Made by a program: the position numbers and the translations under genes
Notes under the pieces: generated by a model
The model's input: the letters and a program-made list of their open reading frames with translations, nothing else
The model's database searches: none
What the model was told of the DNA's origin: nothing
Assembly: GCA_041686025.1 (NCBI GenBank)
Contig: JAWLEP010000001.1
Span: 65,121 to 129,120 of the forward strand
Source of the DNA: Candidatus Fermentibacteraceae bacterium
Lineage (GTDB): Bacteria > Fermentibacterota > Fermentibacteria > Fermentibacterales > JCC-6
DNA length: 64,000 bases
Direction of reading: 5' to 3'
Shown: piece after piece, positions 30,414 through 39,349 of the stretch
Layout of the letters: every line of letters begins with the position of its first letter
Numbering within the stretch: position 1 is the stretch's first letter

Positions 30414-33400
30414 TTGTTCCTGAAGAGACTGGAGATTGTCGGCTTCAAGTCGTTCGCCGACGCCTTCGAGATGCAGTTCCGCCCGGGGATCACCGCCGTG
30501 GTGGGCCCCAACGGAGCCGGCAAGAGCAACGTGGCCGACGCCCTCAGATGGGTCCTGGGGTCCCAGAGCCCCAAGCAGCTGCGGTCGGAGCGGATGGAGG
30601 ACGTGATCTTCTCCGGCAGCGCGGAGCGAAAGCCGCTGGGAATGGCGGAGGTGGTGATAACCTTCGACAACTCCAGCCGCGCCCTGGGCCTGGACTTCGA
30701 CGAGGTGTGCATAGCCCGCCGGCTCTTCCGCTCCGGCGAGAGCGAGTACCTGATCAACGGCAACCGCTGCCGGTTGATGGACGTGACCGACCTGATCGTG
30801 GACCGGGGACTGGGCAGCAACGGCTACTGGATTCTCACCAGGAACATGGTCAAGACCATTCTCTCCAGCCGGCCGGAGGACCGGCGCTTCCTATTCGACG
30901 AGGCCGCCGGCATCACCCGCTACAAGATACAGCGGCACCGGGCCGAGCTGAAGCTGGACGCCACCAACGAGGACCTGGAGCGGATCGACGACATCATGGG
31001 CGAGGTCCGCTCCACAGTGGCGGCCCTGAAGAAGCAGGTTTCCGCCTTCCGCCGCTACGAGAAGGCCGAGCGGAGGATAGCCGAGATACGGGGGGTGATG
31101 GTCTCCCGGAGGCTGCGTGAGGTGGGGGACCTGCTCTCCGACGCGGTCCTCTCGCGGATGCAGCTGGAGTCGAAGCGGGAGGACATGGCCGCCGAGACGG
31201 CCGCCGCGGAGGCCGCTCTGGCGGAGACCGCAACCGAGTCGGAGAGGGCCGAGGCCGCCCTGGAGGAGGAGCGACAGCGGTGCAGCGCCCTGGAGCGGGA
31301 GCAGTCGGCCCTGGAGCGGGAGCTGGCCGTAACACAGACCAGGATATCCAGCACCTCCACCAGGATCGAGGACGCCGACAGCCTGCGGCGGGAGCAGCGC
31401 CAGAGGGCCCGGGAGCTGGCCCGCAGGGCCGGGGAGCTTCGGGGCAGGACCGAGGAGCTGCAGGACTCCCTGGAGGACTACCGGCGCCGGGCGGAGGAGG
31501 CGGCCGGGGATGCCGGACGGGCCAGGGGCCGCCGGGAGGAGGCCCGGAAGGACCTGGAGGCCGCCCGAAGCGAGCTGGCGGATGTGCGCCGCTCCATCGC
31601 CGACCTCGAGGAGCGCAACCGCAGCCGCCTGCAGCGGCGGGAGAGGCTGGAGCAGGAGCTCAGGTCCGCCCGGGAGCGCAGCGAGGCGCTCCGCAGCAGG
31701 GCCTCGGAGCTGCAGGGTTCGGCGAAGGCGGCGGAAGCGGACCTCGAAGGGTTGCAGGGGGAGCGCGGCGAATGCGCGGAGGAGCTGGCCCGGCAGCGCG
31801 AGAAGGTGGCGGGCCTCAGGGAGGAGCGGAAGCGCCTGAGGGACGAGATACACGGCCTGGAGATGGACAAGGCTGCGCGGCGGGAGAGGCTGGCCTCGCT
31901 GGACGACCACCGGTCCCGCAGCCGCGGGGAGACCCTGGCGGAGAGCATGTCCGTCCGCCGGGGCTACGAGAAGGCCGTGGGCGCCTTCCTGGACGCCTTC
32001 CAGGACGCCGAGGCTCTCCAGCCGCCCCACGGCGGCATGGAGGGCGACGACGGCAGACGGGTGGCCCTCACCGGCCTGGAGGCCCCCGACAGGCCCGGCC
32101 TTCCCGAGGGAGCCATCTGGCTTCCGGAGGTGGTGGACGACCCCCGGGGCAGGTTCACGGCCCTGCTCTCGGGAGGAGCGGTGGCGCCTGACCGGGAGAC
32201 CGCGCTCTCCTGGATGTCCGAAGGCTGCGGCCTGGACCTGGTGACCACCGACGGAGACCTGGTCCGCCCGGGTGGCCTGGCCCGGCTGGGCGTATCCCCC
32301 GCCTCCGCCGGGGGCATGGAGCGCCGGGCGCTGGCCGAGGAGACCCGGAAGGCCATATCCCGGCTGGAGGAGAGGATCGGGGAGAAGGAGCGCAGGGCTT
32401 CCCGCCTGTACGAAGACCTGCAGGAGGCCGGGGACGCCGAGGCCTCGCTGTCCGACGCCCTCTCGGACGCGGACAGCCGGCTGGCCTCGGCCCGCACCAG
32501 GCTGGACGCCATCCGCGAGAACCTGGAGGGCGCTGAATCGGAGCTGTCGGAGGTCTCCTCGAGGATACCGGAGCTGGAGGAGGAGCTGTCCGGGCTGGAT
32601 TCCGGGGACTCCGCCGGCGGCATGGATGGCCTCAGGGAGCGCCGCGACGGGGTGGAGGCGAAGGTCTCCCGGCTGGAGGCCTCCCTGGAGGAGATCGGCG
32701 ACGAGGTGGGAAGGCTCAGCGCCAGGGAGAGCGCGGCGGCCTTCGACCTCCGCAGCCGCGAGGAGGAGCTGCAGAGGCTGCAGACGGACATAGACCGGCT
32801 GGAGAAGGACGCCGGGGCCGCCTCCAGGCGGGCGGAGGAGTCGGACGAGAGGATCGCCGAGCTGGAGGAGGAGAGGCGGCAGCTGAGGAGCTCCGTGGGT
32901 GAGAAGCAGAAGCTGATCCGGGAGGTGGGCGGCAGGCGGGAGAAGGCCGAGGAGGCCAGGACCGGGGCCCTGGGCAGGAGGGGCCGCGCCATGGAGTCCA
33001 TGGCGGAGGCCCAGACCAGGGTGGCCGACCTGAGGGAGAGGATCGCCGAGGTCCGCGACCGCGCCTCCCAGCTTGAGGGCAGGATATCCACCTACGAGGA
33101 GAGGCTGGCGGGCCTGAAGGAGAGCGAGGGCGTACTGCCCGGAGAGGGCAGCCGCTACTGGTCCATGGACGATGAGCAGCTCCAGAGCAACCTCGACCGC
33201 CAGCGCGGCTACCGCGAGAGGCTGGGCCCGGTGAACATGCTGGCGGTGAAGGAGCACGAGGAGGCCAGCAACCGGCTGGGCTTCCTGGAGGAGCAGAGGG
33301 CCGACCTGGTGGAGGCCCGCGACTCCCTTCTCCGGGCCATCTCCGAGATCAACCGCACGGCCGCCCGGCGCTTCGAGAAGACCTTCGCGGAGGTGCGGGC

Positions 33401-33827
33401 CAACTTCCGGGAGCTGTTCGTCCACCTCTTCGGCGGCGGCGAGGCCGACATCATGCCCCTGGAGTCGGAGGACCCCCTGGAGGGGGGAGTGCAGATACTG
33501 GCCCGTCCCGCCGGAAAGAAGCTCTCCAACGTGGCCGTCCTCTCCGACGGCGAGCAGGCGCTGGCGGCCGTGGCCCTGCTGTTCTCCCTCTACCTGGTCA
33601 AGCCGTCGCCCTTCTGCGTTCTGGACGAGCTGGACGCCCCCCTGGACGACTCCAACATCGACCGCTTCGTGGACCTCCTGCACAGGTTCAGCGAGAAGAC
33701 CCAGTTCGTGGTGATCACCCACAACAAGAGGACCATGGAGGCCGCGGACGTCCTCTACGGCATCACCATGCAGGAGAAGGGCGTGTCCAGCGCCGCCTCC
33801 GTCAGCCTGGAGGAGGCCTCCACCTGA
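30414..33827 (+). CDS. smc: Chromosome segregation protein SMC
   Basis: GFKSFA, GPNGAGKSN, long coiled coils, hinge, LGPVN, LDELDAPLD. Confidence 0.95.
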   Translation: MFLKRLEIVGFKSFADAFEMQFRPGITAVVGPNGAGKSNVADALRWVLGSQSPKQLRSERMEDVIFSGSAERKPLGMAEVVITFDNSSRALGLDFDEVCIARRLFRSGESEYLINGNRCRLMDVTDLIVDRGLGSNGYWILTRNMVKTILSSRPEDRRFLFDEAAGITRYKIQRHRAELKLDATNEDLERIDDIMGEVRSTVAALKKQVSAFRRYEKAERRIAEIRGVMVSRRLREVGDLLSDAVLSRMQLESKREDMAAETAAAEAALAETATESERAEAALEEERQRCSALEREQSALERELAVTQTRISSTSTRIEDADSLRREQRQRARELARRAGELRGRTEELQDSLEDYRRRAEEAAGDAGRARGRREEARKDLEAARSELADVRRSIADLEERNRSRLQRRERLEQELRSARERSEALRSRASELQGSAKAAEADLEGLQGERGECAEELARQREKVAGLREERKRLRDEIHGLEMDKAARRERLASLDDHRSRSRGETLAESMSVRRGYEKAVGAFLDAFQDAEALQPPHGGMEGDDGRRVALTGLEAPDRPGLPEGAIWLPEVVDDPRGRFTALLSGGAVAPDRETALSWMSEGCGLDLVTTDGDLVRPGGLARLGVSPASAGGMERRALAEETRKAISRLEERIGEKERRASRLYEDLQEAGDAEASLSDALSDADSRLASARTRLDAIRENLEGAESELSEVSSRIPELEEELSGLDSGDSAGGMDGLRERRDGVEAKVSRLEASLEEIGDEVGRLSARESAAAFDLRSREEELQRLQTDIDRLEKDAGAASRRAEESDERIAELEEERRQLRSSVGEKQKLIREVGGRREKAEEARTGALGRRGRAMESMAEAQTRVADLRERIAEVRDRASQLEGRISTYEERLAGLKESEGVLPGEGSRYWSMDDEQLQSNLDRQRGYRERLGPVNMLAVKEHEEASNRLGFLEEQRADLVEARDSLLRAISEINRTAARRFEKTFAEVRANFRELFVHLFGGGEADIMPLESEDPLEGGVQILARPAGKKLSNVAVLSDGEQALAAVALLFSLYLVKPSPFCVLDELDAPLDDSNIDRFVDLLHRFSEKTQFVVITHNKRTMEAADVLYGITMQEKGVSSAASVSLEEAST

Positions 33828-34732
33828 TGGGCCTGGCGGAGGGACTCCGGAAGACGCGCCGGCTCCTGGGCGACGGCCTGGCGGGCATAATGGGCCGGGA
33901 GACGGTGGACGACGAGGACCTGGAGAGGGCGGAGGAGGTCCTCCTGGGGAGCGACCTGGGCTGGGAGCTGGCCGAAATGATAGTCGAGGAGCTGCCCTCC
34001 AGGGCCAGGGGGGACAGCCGCGGGTGGAGGCCGGCCCTGGCCGATCTGCTGATGGAGCGGGTGCCCGTCCGCCGCGTCGAGGAGGAGCGGAAGGCCACTC
34101 CTCACGTGGACCTGGTGGTGGGGGTTAACGGCTCGGGCAAGACCACCACCATCGCCCGCCTGGCGGGGAGGTTCACCGATGCCGGCGAGGAGGTGCTGCT
34201 GGCCTGCGCCGACACCTTCCGCCCCGCCGCCGCCGAGCAGCTCTCCGAGTGGGCCCGCCGCCTGGGGCTGGACTGCATCACCCAGCTGGAGGGCTCCGAT
34301 CCCGGGGCGGTGGCCTTCGACGCCATAAAGAGGGGCATCTCCAGGGGTTACGACAGGGTGCTGATCGATACCGCCGGAAGGCTTCCCAACAGGACCGGCC
34401 TGATGAAGGAGCTCACCAAGGTCCACCGGGTCTGCGGAAAGGCCATGGAGGGGGCCCCGCACCGGGTGCTCCTGGTGCTGGACGGTACCGTGGGCCAGAA
34501 TGCCCTGGCCCAGGCCAGCCAGTTCCTGGACGCCCTGCCGGTTACCGGGCTGGTGGTAACCAAGCTGGACGGCACCGCCAGGGGCGGAGCGGTCCTGGCC
34601 ATGGCCAGCCGGCTGGAGATCCCCATCGAGTACGTGGGAGTTGGGGAGACGGTGGACGACCTGCTGGCCTTCGATCAGGAGGCCTACGTGAGGGCCCTGC
34701 TGGGACTGGAGGGCTCCGGGAGCGCATGCTGA
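33827..34732 (+). CDS. ftsY: Signal recognition particle receptor FtsY (NG domain only)
   Basis: [32 protein letters not shown]. Confidence 0.96.
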   Translation: MGLAEGLRKTRRLLGDGLAGIMGRETVDDEDLERAEEVLLGSDLGWELAEMIVEELPSRARGDSRGWRPALADLLMERVPVRRVEEERKATPHVDLVVGVNGSGKTTTIARLAGRFTDAGEEVLLACADTFRPAAAEQLSEWARRLGLDCITQLEGSDPGAVAFDAIKRGISRGYDRVLIDTAGRLPNRTGLMKELTKVHRVCGKAMEGAPHRVLLVLDGTVGQNALAQASQFLDALPVTGLVVTKLDGTARGGAVLAMASRLEIPIEYVGVGETVDDLLAFDQEAYVRALLGLEGSGSAC

Positions 34733-35460
34733 GCCTGCAGGAGGTCTGCAAGAGCTTCGGCGAGAAGACCGCGGTGGACGGCATCACCCTGGAGGTGCCG
34801 GCGGGCGAGGTCTTCGGCCTGCTGGGCCCCAACGGGGCGGGGAAGAGCACCACGCTGCGCATGGTCTCCGGCCTGGTTTTCCCCGACTCCGGGAGGATCA
34901 CCGTGGACTCCCTGGACATCTCCGAGGACCCGGAGGCCGTCCGTGCCCGGGTGGCCTACGTGCCGGACGAGCCCACCGTCTACCCCCGGCTCACCGGCCG
35001 CGAGTTCCTCCGCTTCTCCGGACGCCTGCGGGGAATAGAGGCCGGCGAGCTGGAGAAGCGGATAGACTTCCACCAGCGGCTTTTCGACATGCACGGCTGG
35101 CTGGACAAGAGGGCCGAGTCCTACTCCCACGGGATGATACAGAGGGTGGTGCTGAGCTCCGCTTTCGTGGCCAGGGCCAGCCTCTACGCCATAGACGAGC
35201 CGCTGGTGGGCCTCGACCCCGCCTCGGCGGAGACCTTCCACCGGATGGCCCGCTCCGCCGCCGCCGGGGGAGCCGCCGTGGTGATCTCCACCCACACCCT
35301 TCCCGTCGCCCACCGCTTCTGCCATCGGCTGGGGATAATCCACCGGGGCAGGCTGGTGCGGACGCTCCGTCCGGAGGAGGTGGCCCCCGGGGACCTGCAG
35401 GAGCTCTTCTTCAGCATCACCGGCACCGCCCCGGCGGATGTGAGCCAGTATTTCGATTAA
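34726..35460 (+). CDS. ABC transporter ATP-binding protein
   Basis: GPNGAGKST, YSHGM signature, DEPLVGLDP; no adjacent permease. Confidence 0.92.
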   Translation: MLSLQEVCKSFGEKTAVDGITLEVPAGEVFGLLGPNGAGKSTTLRMVSGLVFPDSGRITVDSLDISEDPEAVRARVAYVPDEPTVYPRLTGREFLRFSGRLRGIEAGELEKRIDFHQRLFDMHGWLDKRAESYSHGMIQRVVLSSAFVARASLYAIDEPLVGLDPASAETFHRMARSAAAGGAAVVISTHTLPVAHRFCHRLGIIHRGRLVRTLRPEEVAPGDLQELFFSITGTAPADVSQYFD

Positions 35461-35510
35461 AATTACTGAGCGTCTATATTAAGAAACATTTGCGTTCCCG
35501 CGGCTTTTTT

Positions 35511-35538
35511 TGTAACGTCTATGCAACCCGTCCGTCTA
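35511..35538 (+). promoter_or_regulatory. ECF sigma-type promoter
   Basis: TGTAAC-N16-CGTCTA; same elements and spacing as 43612-43639. Confidence 0.7.
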
Positions 35539-35587
35539 GTGGACGTGCGACGGACGGAAGAGGCCTTTCGCCATGGGGGTGGCAGAT

Positions 35588-35677
35588 ATGGCGACCGTGT
35601 TCGGCTTTCTCACCGGGGACCTTCACGGCACCGCGGAGCCCGAGGGCAAGAAGGAGAAGGAGACCAAGTCCTCCTGA
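35588..35677 (+). CDS. Putative 29-aa small protein MATVFGFLTGDLHGTAEPEGKKEKETKSS
   Basis: GGGGGTG SD-like sequence before ATG, high GC3, framed by ECF promoter and terminator; alternative in-frame ATG 35573. Confidence 0.55.
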   Translation: MATVFGFLTGDLHGTAEPEGKKEKETKSS

Positions 35678-35701
35678 GGCCTGCAGGGAACCGAAGCAGC
35701 T

Positions 35702-35729
35702 GGGCCCGGCATCTGCCGGGCCCTTTCTT
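35702..35729 (+). terminator. Intrinsic terminator
   Basis: GGGCCCGGC-ATCT-GCCGGGCCC followed by TTTCTT. Confidence 0.75.
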
Positions 35730-36014
35730 CACATGGCGCTTTCGGGTCCCGCATCGGCCCTGAAGACCAGAGAGCCGGGGACCGCCGAGCTCTGCGCCGT
35801 CCGGCGGGCCTCCGACGGCTCCGACCTGTGCAGAGACCGCATATCCTGGCATCGGGTCTCCGGCTCCGGCAGGGCGTAGGCCCTCACTCCCGCCTCATCG
35901 CAGGGCCGGAGCAGCCGCAGATGCTGCAGGACGACTGACCGGTCCGGCCAGCGCCTCTTTGCATATGTTACCCCCGGCGGTAGGTGAGTGGGGCCGGCAG
36001 GATTCGGGGGCATC

Positions 36015-36728
36015 ATGGAGAAAGGGAGCGGGGGCTCGGAGACCGGCGGGCCGGGCATCGGCCTTCTCAACGAGAGGCCGCTGCACGCATCCCTGAAGCA
36101 GTGGTACGCGCGGCCCGGCGACCGCTTCGAGGTACCGGTGGAGGGATACGTGGTGGACATCGTCCGGGACGGACGGCTGGTGGAGGTCCAGACCGGCGGC
36201 TTCTCCGCCCTGCGGCCGAAGCTGAAGGCTCTGCTGGACGGCTACAGCGTAAGGCTGGTCCATCCCATCGCACTGGAGAAGTGGATCGTGAAGCTGCCCC
36301 GGGACGGCAGCGGCGAACCCGCCCGCCGGAAGTCGCCCAAGCGCGGCAGGGTGGAGGAGGTCTTCACCGAGCTGGTGAGCCTGCCCCGACTGCTGGCCAG
36401 ACCGGGCTTCTCCCTGGAGGTCCTCCTCATCCGGGAGGAGGAGGTCAGGAGCTACGACGGCAGACGGGGATGGCGACGCAGGGGCTGGGTGGTGGAGGAG
36501 CGCCGGTTGCTCGAGGTGGTGGAGAGTCATGCTTTCGGCGACTCGTGCGACCTGCTCTCCCTGCTTCCCGACGGCCTGCAGAAGCCATTCACCACGCAGG
36601 ACCTGGCGGAGGCGGCGGGGATCCGCCGGGCGCTTGCCCAGAAGATGGCCTACTGCCTGCACAGGTCTGGGCTGGTAGGCAGGATCGGAAAGAGCGGCAG
36701 GTCATGGCTTTACGACCGATATGGGTGA
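36015..36728 (+). CDS. Hypothetical protein, possible PD-(D/E)XK-like nuclease fold plus C-terminal winged HTH
   Basis: LNERPLHASLK, YVVDI..VEVQT, PFTTQDLAEAAGI...GRSWLY. Confidence 0.6.
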   Translation: MEKGSGGSETGGPGIGLLNERPLHASLKQWYARPGDRFEVPVEGYVVDIVRDGRLVEVQTGGFSALRPKLKALLDGYSVRLVHPIALEKWIVKLPRDGSGEPARRKSPKRGRVEEVFTELVSLPRLLARPGFSLEVLLIREEEVRSYDGRRGWRRRGWVVEERRLLEVVESHAFGDSCDLLSLLPDGLQKPFTTQDLAEAAGIRRALAQKMAYCLHRSGLVGRIGKSGRSWLYDRYG

Positions 36729-36828
36729 TCGGGGCCGTGTCTGCAGGAATGGACCAGGCTGTCTAGTGATAATTAAACACTAACTGAAGGAATTCGCTTT
36801 TGAAGCACGGGGTGAGGGAAAGCCGCCC

Positions 36829-37413
36829 ATGAGGCCCGACGGGGAGAGCCTGCGGGAGAGGGTTGCCCGGGCGGTGGCGGAGAGGGTTGAAGTGGTACCC
36901 TACGACCCGGAATGGCCGGAGATGTTCGCGCGGGAGAGGGAGCATCTGGCCCGCTGCCTGCCCTCCGACCTGACCGGCAGGATAGAGCACTTCGGAAGCA
37001 CGGCGGTGCCCGGCCTGGCGGCCAAGCCCGTCATCGACATGCTGGTGGAGGTGGTCGACCTGGGGGAGACCCGCCGGAGGATAGCGCCCATTCTCGAGTC
37101 CCAGGGCTACGATTACTTCTGGCGTCCCACCTCCGGCGACAGCACTCCTCCGTTCTACGCCTGGTTCATCAAACGTGACGAGTCGGGCACCAGGACCCAC
37201 CACATACACATGGTGGAAAGCGACTTCGAGCACTGGAACAGGCTGCTGTTCCGGGACTGGCTCATAGACCACCCCGGGGACGCTGCGAGGTACGGCCGGC
37301 TGAAGATGGAGCTGGCCCGGCGCTACGGCAGCGACCGCGTGGCCTATACCCGGGCCAAGGGCGCGTTCATATCGGAGATCACCGAAAGGGCGGGAGGCGG
37401 CGGAAAGCTGTGA
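36829..37413 (+). CDS. GrpB family (UPF0157) protein
   Basis: VVPYDPEWP, IEHFGSTAVPGLAAKPVID, LLFRDWL, YT.AK. Confidence 0.92.
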   Translation: MRPDGESLRERVARAVAERVEVVPYDPEWPEMFAREREHLARCLPSDLTGRIEHFGSTAVPGLAAKPVIDMLVEVVDLGETRRRIAPILESQGYDYFWRPTSGDSTPPFYAWFIKRDESGTRTHHIHMVESDFEHWNRLLFRDWLIDHPGDAARYGRLKMELARRYGSDRVAYTRAKGAFISEITERAGGGGKL

Positions 37414-38216
37414 TACAGGTGGGAACGATACGCAAGCTGGGCTGGAGGAAGTGGGCGAGACGGAGGCTGGACGTGCCGGCGGCTTACGCCGCGGACATGC
37501 TCCTCCCGAAGAGGGAGGACAGGAAGAAGCTGGTGATCTTCGCCCAGGGGCGGACCGGAAGCACACTGCTGGAGAAGCTGCTCTGCTCCACCGGGCACTT
37601 CCGCGAGAGCGGCGAGCTGCTGAGCTCCTCCTTCGGGGAGATACGGTACCCGCTGCGGTTCGTCAGGGGCATGGCCAGGATGGGTCCGGGGAGCTTCGTC
37701 TTCCATCTGAAGGTCTACCAGCTCACCAGGGACCGGAGGCGGCCAGTGGACCCCGGGGACTTTCTGAAGGCGCTGCAGGCCGACGGCTGGAAGTTCGTGC
37801 ATCTGATGCGCCGCAACAGGCTGAGGCACGCGTTCTCCAACCTCCTTCTGGAGTACAGGGGCCACCCCCAGAAGCTAACCGACCACGAGGAGAGGCCGAA
37901 GCTGGTTGTGGACTGCAGCGACCTGGAGAGGATAGTGGACGAGCGCTTCCGGTTCGCCTCCGACGAGCAGCGGGCCCTGGAGGGTATACCCCATCACCGG
38001 GTGGTGTACGAGGACGACCTGGAGGACTCCGGCCGGCACCAGGAGACGGTGGACGGCATACTGGAGATGATGTCCCTGGAGACCCGGCCGGTGAGTACCG
38101 AGCTGAGAAGGATAAACGTCTACAGGCTGGAGGAGCTGGTGGAGAACTGGGACGACGTCCTGCAGCTGCTGGGCAGACGCGGATGGGAGCGCTTCCTGGA
38201 CGGCCCGGAAGGATGA
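37410..38216 (+). CDS. Sulfotransferase-family protein (Stf0-like)
   Basis: 5'-PSB loop GRTGSTLL, HLMRRN 3'-PB-like segment, VVYEDDL. Confidence 0.78.
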   Translation: MIQVGTIRKLGWRKWARRRLDVPAAYAADMLLPKREDRKKLVIFAQGRTGSTLLEKLLCSTGHFRESGELLSSSFGEIRYPLRFVRGMARMGPGSFVFHLKVYQLTRDRRRPVDPGDFLKALQADGWKFVHLMRRNRLRHAFSNLLLEYRGHPQKLTDHEERPKLVVDCSDLERIVDERFRFASDEQRALEGIPHHRVVYEDDLEDSGRHQETVDGILEMMSLETRPVSTELRRINVYRLEELVENWDDVLQLLGRRGWERFLDGPEG

Positions 38217-38683
38217 GCATCGTCTTCCGCGAGATAGCGGAAGGGGATATCCCGGACCTCTTCCGGGTGCGGGTGTCCACCAGGGAGAACGCCCTCACGG
38301 AGGAGGAGCTGCAGCGGCTGGGGATAACCCCGGAGACCGTTCGGGAGATGATGCGCACCTCCCATCGGGGCTGGCTGTGCGAGGTGGACGGCGTGGTGGC
38401 GGGCTTCGCCATGGGCAACGGCCGGACGGGGGAGATGTGGGTGATTGCCCTGCTTCCGGAGGCGGAGGGAAGGGGCATTGGCGCGGAGCTGATGGACAGG
38501 GTCGAGGGCTGGCTCTGGTCGCTGGGATGGAGGGAGATCTGGCTCACCACCGACACCGACACCTCCCTTAGGGCCCACGGCTTCTACCGGGCAAGGGGGT
38601 GGGAGGACTGGAAGGTGGAAGACGGTGATCTCTTCATGCGAAGGGAAAATCCCTTCCCGGAAAGCCGGGAGGAATATGTTTAG
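38213..38683 (+). CDS. GNAT family N-acetyltransferase
   Basis: LLPEAEGRGIGAELM motif A, AHGFY; ATGA overlap start. Confidence 0.9.
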   Translation: MSIVFREIAEGDIPDLFRVRVSTRENALTEEELQRLGITPETVREMMRTSHRGWLCEVDGVVAGFAMGNGRTGEMWVIALLPEAEGRGIGAELMDRVEGWLWSLGWREIWLTTDTDTSLRAHGFYRARGWEDWKVEDGDLFMRRENPFPESREEYV

Positions 38684-38896
38684 TGTATAGTAATTACTAT
38701 ATATGTCTTCTCCACGAGCCAAATGGAAATCCGTCATGACGAAGCGCACCTCAGGCAAGCCCTACATCCACAGGCGCGACGATGTATACTACGCTGTGGG
38801 GATGCTACTACGGAAGCCGTCCCATCACGCCGGACAGGTACGGGCCCAACGGTGCGACCTTGCGCTGCAGCTGTCGTCGGAAGGGGCTGAGCTGGA

Positions 38897-39325
38897 TTGA
38901 GAGCATGGGCCAGGTGGATGCTTCTGGCCGCCGGGACCGCCGCCGTTGCCCTGGGGGTGGTGGGGATAGTGGTTCCCCTGCTGCCCACCACGCCGCTGCT
39001 TCTTCTGGCCGCCTTCTGCTACGCCCGAAGCTCGGAGAGGTTCTACAACTGGCTCATGGACAGCCCCTGCCTGGGCGGCTACATCAGGAACTACAGGGCC
39101 GGGCGGGGCATACCCCTGCTGCAGAAGGCTCTTACCATCGCCGCGCTGTGGATCACCATAACGGCCACCGCCTGGCTGGCGGTGTCCGCCCTCTGGCTGA
39201 GGCTGGCGCTGCTGGCGGTGGCGGTGGGGGTGACCGCTCACCTGCTGTGGATACCCACCTGCAGGCCGGGCGGGGAGGCCGCGGAGAACGGAGACTCCCC
39301 CCCGGCGGAGGAGCAGGAGGCCTGA
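38897..39325 (+). CDS. YbaN/DUF454 family membrane protein
   Basis: LGVVGIVVPLLPTTPLLLLAAFCYARSS.RFYNWL. Confidence 0.92.
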   Translation: MRAWARWMLLAAGTAAVALGVVGIVVPLLPTTPLLLLAAFCYARSSERFYNWLMDSPCLGGYIRNYRAGRGIPLLQKALTIAALWITITATAWLAVSALWLRLALLAVAVGVTAHLLWIPTCRPGGEAAENGDSPPAEEQEA

Positions 39326-39349
39326 GACGGCTCCGGAAACGAAAGGGAA

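Noticed and set aside
35730..35990. ORF fragments between the terminator and the 36015 gene
   Set aside because: No consistent frame, RBS or homology recognised; left unexplained
38703..38900. 65-aa ORF inside the low-GC spacer
   Set aside because: Atypical codon usage, no RBS, no recognisable motif
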